The notes below the pieces were generated by a model. The model was not told where the DNA came from, ran no database searches, and saw only the letters and a list, made by a program, of their open reading frames with translations. The position numbers were made by a program, and so were the translations under genes. From Minisyncoccota bacterium (lineage in GTDB: Bacteria > Patescibacteriota > Minisyncoccia > Phycocordibacterales > UBA9973), in the NCBI GenBank assembly GCA_041665885.1, contig JBAYHY010000001.1:5715-69714 (forward strand): 64,000 nucleotides of DNA. Reading direction: 5' to 3'. This document shows, one piece after another, positions 44,491-53,365 of the stretch (positions are counted from its first letter, which is position 1; each line of letters opens with the position of its first letter).

Positions 44491-44979
44491 ATGGGAAATA
44501 AAAAAAGAAGTTTTTTTGAAAGATTAACGGGAAGCGTCGACGCCGAAGAAGAACAAATCGATCCAAAGAGGGACTATTTACTAAAAGGAATCCGGGGCGA
44601 GAAGGATGATAAAAAACCCGGCAGTGAATGGGAAGAGGAAGAAAACGAGGAAGCAGAACTATCAATTGACGTTTTTCAAACTCCAACAGATATTATTATT
44701 CAGACAATGGTCGCAGGAGTAAAGCCAGATGATCTAGAGCTATCTGTCGCCCGTGACACCGTCACCATTCGTGGTAAAAGAGAAGAATCCAGAACCATTG
44801 ACGAAGATAATTATTTTGTAAAAGAACTTTATTGGGGTAAATTTTCCCGCACATTGTCGCTACCGGCAGAGGTGGAGCCAGAAGAAGTGGAAGCGACAGA
44901 AAGACATGGCCTACTCACCATAAAGATTAGAAAGGTAGATAAAGAAAAGAAAAGCACAGTAAAAATAAAATCTATCTAG
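44491..44979 (+). CDS. Hsp20/alpha-crystallin family small heat-shock protein
   Basis: The ACD core (LSIDVFQTPTDIIIQ...GLLTIKI) is present. Confidence 0.9.
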   Translation: MGNKKRSFFERLTGSVDAEEEQIDPKRDYLLKGIRGEKDDKKPGSEWEEEENEEAELSIDVFQTPTDIIIQTMVAGVKPDDLELSVARDTVTIRGKREESRTIDEDNYFVKELYWGKFSRTLSLPAEVEPEEVEATERHGLLTIKIRKVDKEKKSTVKIKSI

Positions 44980-44994
44980 TATAAAAATAAAAAA

Positions 44995-45018
44995 TACCTC
45001 ACAAGGAGGTATTTTTTT
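44995..45018 (+). terminator. Intrinsic terminator TACCTC-acaag-GAGGTA + T7
   Basis: Seen directly. Confidence 0.7.
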
Positions 45019-45019
45019 G

Positions 45020-45091
45020 TGCCTGGGGGGTGAATCGCACACCCGACCTGTCCCTCTTCAGGGGAACGCTCTACTACTGAGCTACCCAGGC
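45020..45091 (-). tRNA. tRNA-Phe (anticodon GAA), slightly atypical (G55, terminal anticodon-stem mismatch)
   Basis: The reverse complement reads GCCUGGG...CUGAAGA...GGGUG-UGCGAUU-CACCC-CCCAGGC-A. Confidence 0.7.
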
Positions 45092-45094
45092 AAT

Positions 45095-45352
45095 CTAATT
45101 TTTAAAATTTTGGAACAAAGAACCTGCGTTGTCTAAATTTACTTTAACCTCGTTATATACCTTCATCGCTTGGTCCATATATGGCTGAATAAAGTAAAAA
45201 GCCCCAACAGAAATGCCCAAAATCAGTATCCAATATATCACACTCATAACTTTAGACCAAAGCATGGAGCGCCTTAAGGAATGCAACATCCTATTGTTTT
45301 CCTCCTCAAGAGCATAGGTGTCTTCAAGTAACTTTTTGGATTCAGGATCCAT
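45095..45352 (-). CDS. Hypothetical small membrane protein
   Basis: 85 aa with one TM (VMSVIYWILILGISVGAFYF). Confidence 0.4.
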   Translation of the reverse strand: MDPESKKLLEDTYALEEENNRMLHSLRRSMLWSKVMSVIYWILILGISVGAFYFIQPYMDQAMKVYNEVKVNLDNAGSLFQNFKN

Positions 45353-45425
45353 GGATATAATTTAACATATTTTCTAAAAAATACCAATTCCAAATAAGCT
45401 TTTTATGTGTTAGATTATAGACATA

Positions 45426-45497
45426 GCCCTCATAGTTCAATGGATAGAACAGTTCCGTCCTAAGGAATAGATCCCCGTTCGATTCGGAGTGAGGGCA
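45426..45497 (+). tRNA. tRNA-Arg (anticodon CCU); one C-A mismatch in T-stem
   Basis: The sequence reads GCCCUCA...GUUCC-GUCCUAA-GGAAU...UUCGAUU...UGAGGGC-A. Confidence 0.65.
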
Positions 45498-45501
45498 CAA
45501 A

Positions 45502-45762
45502 CTATTTGTTTTTATATACTAAGGCTAAAATTAATACCGCCCAAGCGCCAATAACACCGAGAGTGAAACTTAAAATTATTGGTTTATCGCTTAGGACAAT
45601 TCCATACACCAGCCAAGTTAGGGTTCCTAAAGAAAAAATAACAAATGTCGGTATGGAAATATTTGTAGATGTTTTGTTTTTCCAAATCTTGTATGCCTGG
45701 GGATAATACCCCAATGACATAATAATCCCCATTATTGTCACAAAAATTTTAAACGCTTCCAT
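45502..45762 (-). CDS. SemiSWEET / PQ-loop family sugar transporter
   Basis: 86 aa with 3 TM segments and the PQ motif (GYYPQAYKIWKNK). Confidence 0.65.
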   Translation of the reverse strand: MEAFKIFVTIMGIIMSLGYYPQAYKIWKNKTSTNISIPTFVIFSLGTLTWLVYGIVLSDKPIILSFTLGVIGAWAVLILALVYKNK

Positions 45763-45764
45763 GT

Positions 45765-46367
45765 TTATTTTTTATTTCTCGTTACCCACCATTCATTTTT
45801 TTTGTCACTAAACCACCAATCATCCGAATCTATCTTTATAATCTTTTCTCCTAAAATTTTACCCTCCTTCGTCTTTAACCTCTTTATCGCTGACGGTATC
45901 CAAGTCTTCGCCCTTTCATTTCCTATATCAAACTGTTCTTTAAGGGACATTATAAATTCAAGGTTGTCAGCATCCTTCGCGAGTAATGATTCTTTGGTCT
46001 TTCTCGCTTCGTATTCCCTCACGACAGAAGCGATTTTATTTCCAAAAGGAAGTGTCGCGAGAAGATCCGCCAGTGCTTTGTTTTCATCTGACTTAACATA
46101 TTTCTGATGAACGTAATTTAAATCGGAAGTTCTCGCTTCTGCAAAATCATGGAACATGCACATTTGTAGTACCTTTGATACATCCACGTCTCCAGCCATT
46201 TGTGCCAGGGAAAAACCGATATAACTGACACGATTTAGGTGCTCAGCGATGCTTTGATTGCCACTACCTAAAAAGAAAAAACCACTCCTTGGAGTTTTTG
46301 CCAGCATTCCAGACTCAAATAGAAAGTTAACTACTGCATCCACTTCTTTTGTTTGAAGTTTTTTCAT
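45765..46367 (-). CDS. HD-domain phosphohydrolase (YfbR-like 5'-deoxynucleotidase family)
   Basis: HD-domain motifs are present (SIAEHLNRVSYIG ... HDFAEARTSDL). Confidence 0.7.
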   Translation of the reverse strand: MKKLQTKEVDAVVNFLFESGMLAKTPRSGFFFLGSGNQSIAEHLNRVSYIGFSLAQMAGDVDVSKVLQMCMFHDFAEARTSDLNYVHQKYVKSDENKALADLLATLPFGNKIASVVREYEARKTKESLLAKDADNLEFIMSLKEQFDIGNERAKTWIPSAIKRLKTKEGKILGEKIIKIDSDDWWFSDKKNEWWVTRNKK

Positions 46368-46400
46368 GTCAGATATATCAAAACTATTATTCGTAAAAAA

Positions 46401-46634
46401 TTACAAACCCAGCAATTTTTCAATTCTTTGTTTATCAAAACCTACTGTTAGCTCTCCGTCAATGATGATAACTGGCACCCCCATTTGGCCGCTCTTCTCT
46501 ATCATTTCCTTCCTTTTTTCAAGGTCGCTGGCAACGTCATGGTCCGTAAAGACAATGCTATTGGCAGTGAAAAAATCTTTTGCCATATGACAAAAGTGGC
46601 AGGTTGGGGTTGAATAAATTGTTACGTTTTTCAT
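46401..46634 (-). CDS. Glutaredoxin-like protein (NrdH-like, CHFC)
   Basis: The VTIYSTPTCHFCHMAKDFF motif is present. The start was set at MKNV; the track ORF extends to 46667. Confidence 0.75.
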   Translation of the reverse strand: MKNVTIYSTPTCHFCHMAKDFFTANSIVFTDHDVASDLEKRKEMIEKSGQMGVPVIIIDGELTVGFDKQRIEKLLGL

Positions 46635-46715
46635 AATACTTTTATGATTACTTTTTAATATCTTCATTATAGCATGCTTGTCAAGCAGACAAATAAGCGA
46701 TATATTTCATTATAT

Positions 46716-46781
46716 GCGGTCGTAGTTTAGTGGTAGAATGAGTATTTCTAAGTCTGTGAAGGTAGTTTGAAAACAGTGCTT
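46716..46781 (+). repeat. tRNA-Gly 5'-half pseudo-copy directly upstream of tRNA-Gly(CCC)
   Basis: The stretch gcggtcgtagtttagtggtagaatgagt matches the tRNA-Gly 5' end gcgggattagtttagtggcagaatgagt at 24 of 28 positions. No complementary 3' acceptor strand follows. Confidence 0.6.
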
Positions 46782-46852
46782 GCGGGATTAGTTTAGTGGC
46801 AGAATGAGTCCTTCCCAAGGATTAGGCGGGGTTTCGATTACCCCATCCCGCA
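46782..46852 (+). tRNA. tRNA-Gly (anticodon CCC)
   Basis: The sequence reads GCGGGAU...AGUCC-UUCCCAA-GGAUU...GGGGU-UUCGAUU-ACCCC-AUCCCGC-A. Confidence 0.8.
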
Positions 46853-46860
46853 CAAAATAA

Positions 46861-49275
46861 TTAATTACTTTTTTTCTCGCCCAACGCCATTATTATTTTG
46901 ATGACCGTGTCAGGATTGAGCGACATGCTTTCTATGCCTTCATCTACGAGAAATTGCGCAAATTCTGGATAGTCGGACGGCGCCTGACCACAAATACCAA
47001 TATATTTATTTTTTTCCTTACACTTGTGAATGATTTGAGCTACAAGTTTTTTAAGCGATGGGTTATTTTCGTTGGCAATGTGAGTGACGATTCCTGAATC
47101 ACGATCGAGACCCAAGGTAAGCTGAGTCAAGTCGTTGGACCCGATAGACATCCCGTCAAAAATTTCAAGAAATTCGTCCGCCAGAAGAATATTGGAAGGA
47201 ATTTCGCACATTACATAAACCTTCAAACTTTCATCTTTCGCGCGATCCAACCCATATTCCTTCATTACCTCTATCACCTGTTTCCCCTCTTCTGGAGTTC
47301 GACAAAATGGAATCATCGGGATTACATTCGAAAGTCCCATATCTTCTCGGACAATTTTCATCGCTTTGCACTCGAGGCCAAAGGCAGTTTTGAATTTCGG
47401 ATCATAATATCTAGATGCTCCACGCCAACCCAGCATTGGATTCTCCTCATGTGGTTCATACATTTCTCCGCCTATGAGTGTGCGATACTCGTTCGTCTTA
47501 AAGTCAGAAAAACGAATGATAACTTTTTTCGGATAAAAAGAAGCACCAATTTTTGCAATTCCCAAAGCAAGCTCATCAACATAAAATTGTGTCTTGTCTT
47601 TGTAGAGAGGAGTATGCGCATCAATCTCTTTTAATAATTTTATTATTGTCGGAGTCTTTTTACCATCCTTCAGCTTTTTATAATCAATCAGCGCGTTCGG
47701 ATGAAAGCGAACGTATGAAGCAATGATGAATTCCAATCTGCCTAAACCGACACCATCAGCCGGAAGATTAAAGTTTTTAAATGCATCATCCGGTGAACCG
47801 ATATTTACCATAATACTTGTCGCCACCTTGGGCATTTTGTCCAAATGGTGCTCTTTTACCTCAAAAGGAAGAATCCCCTCATACACATTGCCTACTTGCC
47901 CCCCTGAGGCGTCTACGGTCACACCCTGCCCATTTTTAAGCATTTTGGTTGCATCGCCTGATCCTACTATACAAGGGATCCCGAGCTCGCGAGAAACAAT
48001 CGCGGCATGAGAAGTGCGTCCACCTTCGTCTGTCACGATGGCACTCGCAATTTTCATAATTGGTTCCCAGTCCGGATCAGTAATCTCAGTCACCAATACT
48101 TCCCCCTTCTGGAAGGAATTTATACTTTTTGCATTGTGTAAAACACGAACCTTCCCAGCACCGATTTTTGATCCAACGGCAATACCTTTTACTAAAATTT
48201 TGCCCGTTTCATGTAATTTATATTCTCTTAAAATATTTTTATCTGCTCCAGAAACGACTGTTTCCGGTCGTGCCTGCACTATAAACAACTCACCAGTCTT
48301 ACCATCTTTCGCCCACTCTATATCCATCGGTTGATAACGATTGTGTTTCTTGGAAAAATATTTTTCTATTTGATAACACCATTTTGCCATTTTCACGACT
48401 TCCTCATCAGTAAGAGAAAATTTTTGTTCGTCTTTAGGCGATACTTTCTCCTGCTTGGTACCGTCTTTCGCATAAACAAGCTTAATTTTTTTCTCGCCAA
48501 TCTTTTTACCGATAATCGGATTTTTCCTATCATCATCCAAGCTTGGTTTAAAAACGACAAATTCATCGGGAATGACTTTCCCTTGCACGATAAATTCACC
48601 AAGACCGTATATGCTAGTCACCACGACAACTTTATCAAAACCAGTTTCTGTATCTATGGTAAAGGCTACCCCGGAAGAAGCGAGATCCGAACGAACCATG
48701 CATTGGATACCCACAGATAGGGCAGCATCAAAATGCGAAAATCCCTTATCGGCTCGATAGGAGATGGCGCGGTCGGTGAAAAGAGAAGCGGTGCATTTTT
48801 TGGTAGAGATAAGAATATTCTTAATCCCGTGCACGTTCAAATATGTTTCCTGTTGACCGGCAAAGGAAGCTCCGGGAAGATCTTCGGCAGTAGCTGACGA
48901 ACGAACAGCGACAACAGTGTCCTTGCCATATTTTTCTCCAAGCTTTTGGTACGATTCCGTGATAGCATCCTGCAAATCCTGGGGCAAGGAGGCCTTGAGA
49001 ATGGCTTCACGGACTTTTTTGCCACGAACTTGCAAATTACGAATATCCTTGGTATTCAAATCAGAAAGAATCTTTTTAATTTGCTCATCCAGCCCGGTTT
49101 CCTTAAAAAAATGTCGATAAGCATCGGCCGTCAGGGCAAAACCATTCGGCACGTTGACCCCAAGCGGTACGAGATTAGAATACATTTCCCCGAGAGCTGC
49201 ATTTTTACCACCAACCACCGGGACATCATCAATACCCACTTCACTAAACCACTTCACAAAATTTTTCTCTGCCAT
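46861..49275 (-). CDS. ppsA: Phosphoenolpyruvate synthase (pyruvate, water dikinase)
   Basis: 804 aa with a PPDK N-terminal domain, the phosphohistidine region (GGRTSHAAIVSRELGIP), and a PEP-utilising C-terminus. Confidence 0.9.
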   Translation of the reverse strand: MAEKNFVKWFSEVGIDDVPVVGGKNAALGEMYSNLVPLGVNVPNGFALTADAYRHFFKETGLDEQIKKILSDLNTKDIRNLQVRGKKVREAILKASLPQDLQDAITESYQKLGEKYGKDTVVAVRSSATAEDLPGASFAGQQETYLNVHGIKNILISTKKCTASLFTDRAISYRADKGFSHFDAALSVGIQCMVRSDLASSGVAFTIDTETGFDKVVVVTSIYGLGEFIVQGKVIPDEFVVFKPSLDDDRKNPIIGKKIGEKKIKLVYAKDGTKQEKVSPKDEQKFSLTDEEVVKMAKWCYQIEKYFSKKHNRYQPMDIEWAKDGKTGELFIVQARPETVVSGADKNILREYKLHETGKILVKGIAVGSKIGAGKVRVLHNAKSINSFQKGEVLVTEITDPDWEPIMKIASAIVTDEGGRTSHAAIVSRELGIPCIVGSGDATKMLKNGQGVTVDASGGQVGNVYEGILPFEVKEHHLDKMPKVATSIMVNIGSPDDAFKNFNLPADGVGLGRLEFIIASYVRFHPNALIDYKKLKDGKKTPTIIKLLKEIDAHTPLYKDKTQFYVDELALGIAKIGASFYPKKVIIRFSDFKTNEYRTLIGGEMYEPHEENPMLGWRGASRYYDPKFKTAFGLECKAMKIVREDMGLSNVIPMIPFCRTPEEGKQVIEVMKEYGLDRAKDESLKVYVMCEIPSNILLADEFLEIFDGMSIGSNDLTQLTLGLDRDSGIVTHIANENNPSLKKLVAQIIHKCKEKNKYIGICGQAPSDYPEFAQFLVDEGIESMSLNPDTVIKIIMALGEKKSN

Positions 49276-49313
49276 AAATTATTCTCTTATTTGCCCACCA
49301 AGGTGGAAAAAAT

Positions 49314-50534
49314 TTATAATAAATTACTAATGCGTATTAACCTCTTATACTTTAGCATTCTTTCCATTTTTGTGGGAGCTCCCGCTTTTAATCCAAAGCA
49401 ATTGAAAGCAAAAGCGAGGTCTGCAATAAAATCGTCATCTGTTTCTTCGCCCCTATGGCTGACGATCAACTCAATATCATTTTCTCGCGCCAACCTCATC
49501 GTCTCGAGAGTTTCCGTCAGAGTGCCGATTTGATTCGGCTTGATAATCATCGCATTAATGCTGTTATTTTCTATCGCTTTTTTCAGCAATATTTTATTAG
49601 AGACAGTTAAATCGTCCCCCACAACAAAAAGATTTTTATATTTTTCTTTAAATTTACAAAAGCTGTCAAAATCTTCTTCATCAAATGGATCTTCAACAGA
49701 AAACAAGTTAAATTCGGTAATTAGGGAATCATAAATACTCAATAATTCTTCTTTGGAAATATTCTTACCATCAACTTCGTACCTTCCGTCAGAAAAAAAC
49801 GACGAAGCAGCCACGTCCAAAGCCAATCTCACTTTATTTTCTAAATTATTTTGTTTTATTGCTTCAGTTAAGAGCTTTAACGGTTTTCTTATGTCGTTTA
49901 TCTTTGTAGCAAAACCACCTTCATCACCGAGAATAATAGAATCTTCCCCTAATTCTTTTAAGATTATTTCTTTTAATGAATTTTGTATTTTGATTCCGAG
50001 GTCAACAGCCTCTTCAACATTTTCAGTATCAGAAACAAGAAGATATTCTTGAAAAGCAAGCTTGCTACTTGTGTGCTTGCCACCTTCAAGTAAATTCATT
50101 AATAGATGTGGAACCTTACGGGACGGTTTTATCTCCGCTAGCTCTTGCAAATATTCGAAGATTTCTTTCCCAGAGACTATAGCTGCAACTTTCACGCAGG
50201 CAATGCTAACCCCAATCGTGGAATTGCCACCTAAATTGTCTTTATTCTGGGTTCCATCCAATTCAATCATTATCTCATCTATCTCTCTTTGATTCAGAAT
50301 ATTCTTGCCGATTAATGCTGGAGCAATAACATTGTTCACTTTATCAATTGCATTTTTCACTCCTTTACCATCCGCATCTCGAAGCTCGTGCGCCTCATGC
50401 GCACCGGTTGACGCCCCCGAGGGCACAGAAAAACTTCCTTCACTTTCTCCAGCCCACACCGTCACTTTAATGGTCGGATTTCCTCGCGAATCTTTTATTT
50501 CATCTGCTAAAATTTTAATAATTTTATTTTCCAT
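49314..50534 (-). CDS. eno: Enolase
   Basis: Enolase motifs are present (SGASTGAHEA, IKPNQIGT). Confidence 0.95.
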   Translation of the reverse strand: MENKIIKILADEIKDSRGNPTIKVTVWAGESEGSFSVPSGASTGAHEAHELRDADGKGVKNAIDKVNNVIAPALIGKNILNQREIDEIMIELDGTQNKDNLGGNSTIGVSIACVKVAAIVSGKEIFEYLQELAEIKPSRKVPHLLMNLLEGGKHTSSKLAFQEYLLVSDTENVEEAVDLGIKIQNSLKEIILKELGEDSIILGDEGGFATKINDIRKPLKLLTEAIKQNNLENKVRLALDVAASSFFSDGRYEVDGKNISKEELLSIYDSLITEFNLFSVEDPFDEEDFDSFCKFKEKYKNLFVVGDDLTVSNKILLKKAIENNSINAMIIKPNQIGTLTETLETMRLARENDIELIVSHRGEETDDDFIADLAFAFNCFGLKAGAPTKMERMLKYKRLIRISNLL

Positions 50535-51804
50535 TTTTTGTGAGTAGTATCATAAGATCTGATACATTGGCCCCCGTGGGGCCGGTCATAATCATATCGT
50601 CTGTTTTTTGAAAAAAAGAATATGAATCAAAATGCTCATAATAATCATCGATGTTTAAAAGCATATCTTTCGCTTTTTTGATTGTGTTTATATCGACTAC
50701 TGCTCCGGCCGAGTCACTATTGTCCATTCCATCTGACGCATAAGAAATAAAAACAGAACCACTTTCTAAAGATTTCTTTTTAATCATTGAAATACCTAAA
50801 TGCAAATTTCTTCCTCCTTTTCCCCCTCCTTTGGGGACCACAATCCGGGGCTCACCAGCAGCCAAAACAACCGTTCCATCTTCCCTGGCTGAAAATAATT
50901 TTTCCACCACTGTGTCAATTTCATCATACAATTCTGTAGAAATTATTTTTGCCAATAATCCGAGTTCCTGTGCCTTCTTCGCCATAGCATCTGCTGCAAT
51001 CTTATTAGAGACTAAAACAAAATTAGTAACTTTTTCGAAGTACTTATCTTCCTTAGGTGTTTCAATAAGATCAAATATACCGAGATTGTTTTCTTTGACA
51101 ATTTTCTCGGCGTCAGCCACGGTCGTTATGTCTTTATAGGTCGGGCCAGAAGCCACATTCTCAACGTCATCCCCCGGAATGTCCGAAAAAACGAGGCCGA
51201 TAACAGTCGCCGGATATGCTATCTTTGCCAACCCCCCACCCTTGAGTGATGAAATATGTTTTCTCACCGTATTAATTTCGGCGATGGTTTTGTTTGACCC
51301 CAAGAACGCATCATAAAGCTTAATCCCCTGTTCGCACTCGACTTCAGTAGAGCACAAAAGAGCTGAGCCCCCACCAGAAACAAGGACAATTATTAAATCG
51401 TCTTCTTTTGAATCTTTTGCTATCTCATATATTCTTTTGCTTGCTTCAGTGTTAGCTGTGGACGGTCTTGGGTGCGTGCCCGCAAAGGTTTCTATATATT
51501 CGCAAGTAGTCGCACTGAGTCCAATAACTGCACCTTCATCTATCTTCGAGCCTAAAATTTTTTCTAGTGCCAGAGCGGCCTCGCAAGAAGACTTTCCAAA
51601 ACCGACAATCTTAATATTTTTAAAATTGGAAAGATTATATTCTTTTCCTTTTACTATTAAAATATTTCCAACAAGAGAAATGGATGATTCAATAACTTTT
51701 TTTGTACTAATCGCCTCTAGCCCAGATTCCATTATTTCTAACGCGATTTTGCGATTGTCGGTCGTAGCCAATTTGTCAAAATTTTTAATAAAGCCTTCGC
51801 TCAT
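50524..51804 (-). CDS. Glycerate kinase (MOFRL/GckA family, glycerate 2-kinase)
   Basis: 426 aa with DUF4147 and MOFRL domains (VSGGGSALL, GGGKGGRNLH). Confidence 0.7.
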   Translation of the reverse strand: MSEGFIKNFDKLATTDNRKIALEIMESGLEAISTKKVIESSISLVGNILIVKGKEYNLSNFKNIKIVGFGKSSCEAALALEKILGSKIDEGAVIGLSATTCEYIETFAGTHPRPSTANTEASKRIYEIAKDSKEDDLIIVLVSGGGSALLCSTEVECEQGIKLYDAFLGSNKTIAEINTVRKHISSLKGGGLAKIAYPATVIGLVFSDIPGDDVENVASGPTYKDITTVADAEKIVKENNLGIFDLIETPKEDKYFEKVTNFVLVSNKIAADAMAKKAQELGLLAKIISTELYDEIDTVVEKLFSAREDGTVVLAAGEPRIVVPKGGGKGGRNLHLGISMIKKKSLESGSVFISYASDGMDNSDSAGAVVDINTIKKAKDMLLNIDDYYEHFDSYSFFQKTDDMIMTGPTGANVSDLMILLTKNGK

Positions 51805-51807
51805 ATT

Positions 51808-52815
51808 TTATTTAACTAGATTTTGCAAATTTCCTGAAACGAAGCCATTGATGTTTTCGATGGTTGTTTTAGTAATTTCTCCTTCAGCTTCCTTGGAATA
51901 AAAAGCAATATGGGGGGTAACAATCACCTCGGGCATATCTATCAAAACTTGATCTTCCACGATAATTTTATAATCTATTTGTGAAGAGTTGCCTGAGCCG
52001 GTAATCTCTTTTTGTATTTTTAAATCTCTTTCTCCTTCTAAAACATCAAGTCCCGCCCTGGCGATAATGCCCTCCTTAATTCCCCAAATTAATGCCTCCG
52101 TATCCACCAATGCGCCACGTGCGGTATTTATAAGATAAATTCCTTTTTTCATTTTAGAAATATTATCCCTATTAATCAAATGATGGTTTTCTTTTGTGTA
52201 CGGAGCATGAATAGTGACAATGTCAGCTTCTCCAAGCACTTCCAATAAACTCTTATAGGTAAAATTATTTTCTTTAGCAAAAACCGCATCAGGAAATGTA
52301 TCATAAGCAACGACGTTCATTCCAAAACCCCTAGCAATCTTTATGGCATTTTTACCAATTTTACCCGTACCGATAACCCCGAGAGTCTTGCCAAATAAAT
52401 CGAAACCCTTCAAGGAAGAATAAAAATTAAAATCCATAGTATCCCGCAAATGATTGTTCGCGTTTATAACATTCCTCGAAAGATTCAAAATTAAGGAAAA
52501 AGCAAATTCGGCCACGGTGTGAGGGCCGTAAGCTGGCACGTTAGAAACCTTTATCCCTTTTACGGCGCAATATTCTAAATCAATGTGCTCAAAACCAGTT
52601 GAGCGGGTTGTAATGAATTTTAAAATGGGTAAAGAATCAATGATATTTTTACTAATCACAGAATTAATAAAAACAGAAATTATCTCGGCGTCCTTAATCT
52701 TGAGAGCCGTCTCTTCGTTTAATTTTTCTTCGTAAAAAGAAATGTCGGCGTCGCCAAAAGATTGCGAAAAAAGAGACTGTTCTATTTTAGGTATTTCAAA
52801 AAATGCTATTTTCAT
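51808..52815 (-). CDS. D-isomer-specific 2-hydroxyacid dehydrogenase (hydroxypyruvate/glycerate/D-lactate DH family)
   Basis: The NAD fold (GVIGTGKIGKNAIKIARGFGM) and a catalytic His region are present. Confidence 0.8.
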   Translation of the reverse strand: MKIAFFEIPKIEQSLFSQSFGDADISFYEEKLNEETALKIKDAEIISVFINSVISKNIIDSLPILKFITTRSTGFEHIDLEYCAVKGIKVSNVPAYGPHTVAEFAFSLILNLSRNVINANNHLRDTMDFNFYSSLKGFDLFGKTLGVIGTGKIGKNAIKIARGFGMNVVAYDTFPDAVFAKENNFTYKSLLEVLGEADIVTIHAPYTKENHHLINRDNISKMKKGIYLINTARGALVDTEALIWGIKEGIIARAGLDVLEGERDLKIQKEITGSGNSSQIDYKIIVEDQVLIDMPEVIVTPHIAFYSKEAEGEITKTTIENINGFVSGNLQNLVK

Positions 52816-52835
52816 ATGTCTCTAGTATAACATAT

Positions 52836-53216
52836 TTATCGTCTAAACAAATTTGTAAAAAACGAAAAAAAACCACCGGAAGTCTTCTTTTCGCCATCTT
52901 TTGGGGAATTTTTGTCCTCCACGACCACGATCATGTCTTCCCCCTCCTTTACCAAACCAAAATTTTCTCTAAAAAACTTCTCTTTGCCCTCTTCTGTATT
53001 GAGGCTGTCTATATCGGACGACAATTTCTCTTTCTGTTGTTTAAGTTCGGCGATCTTGTCTTCCACTATTCTCTTATTCCTACTTGTTTCCTGCATTTTA
53101 TTCCAAAAACCAAGAACACTATAAGCAAAAACTAAAATCAAAATACCCAGAAAAATCAAAATGGGCTTTGATTGCATCACTTTTCTCCATATTTTTTTTT
53201 GTTCCAAATTTTTCAT
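52836..53216 (-). CDS. Septum formation initiator (FtsB/DivIC-like)
   Basis: 126 aa with a single TM, a coiled coil, and ENFGLVKEGEDMIVV. Confidence 0.6.
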   Translation of the reverse strand: MKNLEQKKIWRKVMQSKPILIFLGILILVFAYSVLGFWNKMQETSRNKRIVEDKIAELKQQKEKLSSDIDSLNTEEGKEKFFRENFGLVKEGEDMIVVVEDKNSPKDGEKKTSGGFFSFFTNLFRR

Positions 53217-53365
53217 ATTTTGAGGAATATGTTATACTATTCTAGTATATGCTTTTCAATAAAAAACATCAAAAGAAAATACAAATAGCCTGGGCGGTGG
53301 TAAGCATTTTGATTATCATTAGTATGATATTGCTTTACTCTCCTATTTTTAGATTAAAATAATCT

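Noticed and set aside
46716-46781. Possible amber-suppressor-like tRNA (loop UUCUAAG, CUA anticodon)
   Set aside because: No anticodon stem can form and there is no 3' acceptor strand complementary to GCGGUCG. It is a 5'-half pseudo-copy, not a tRNA.
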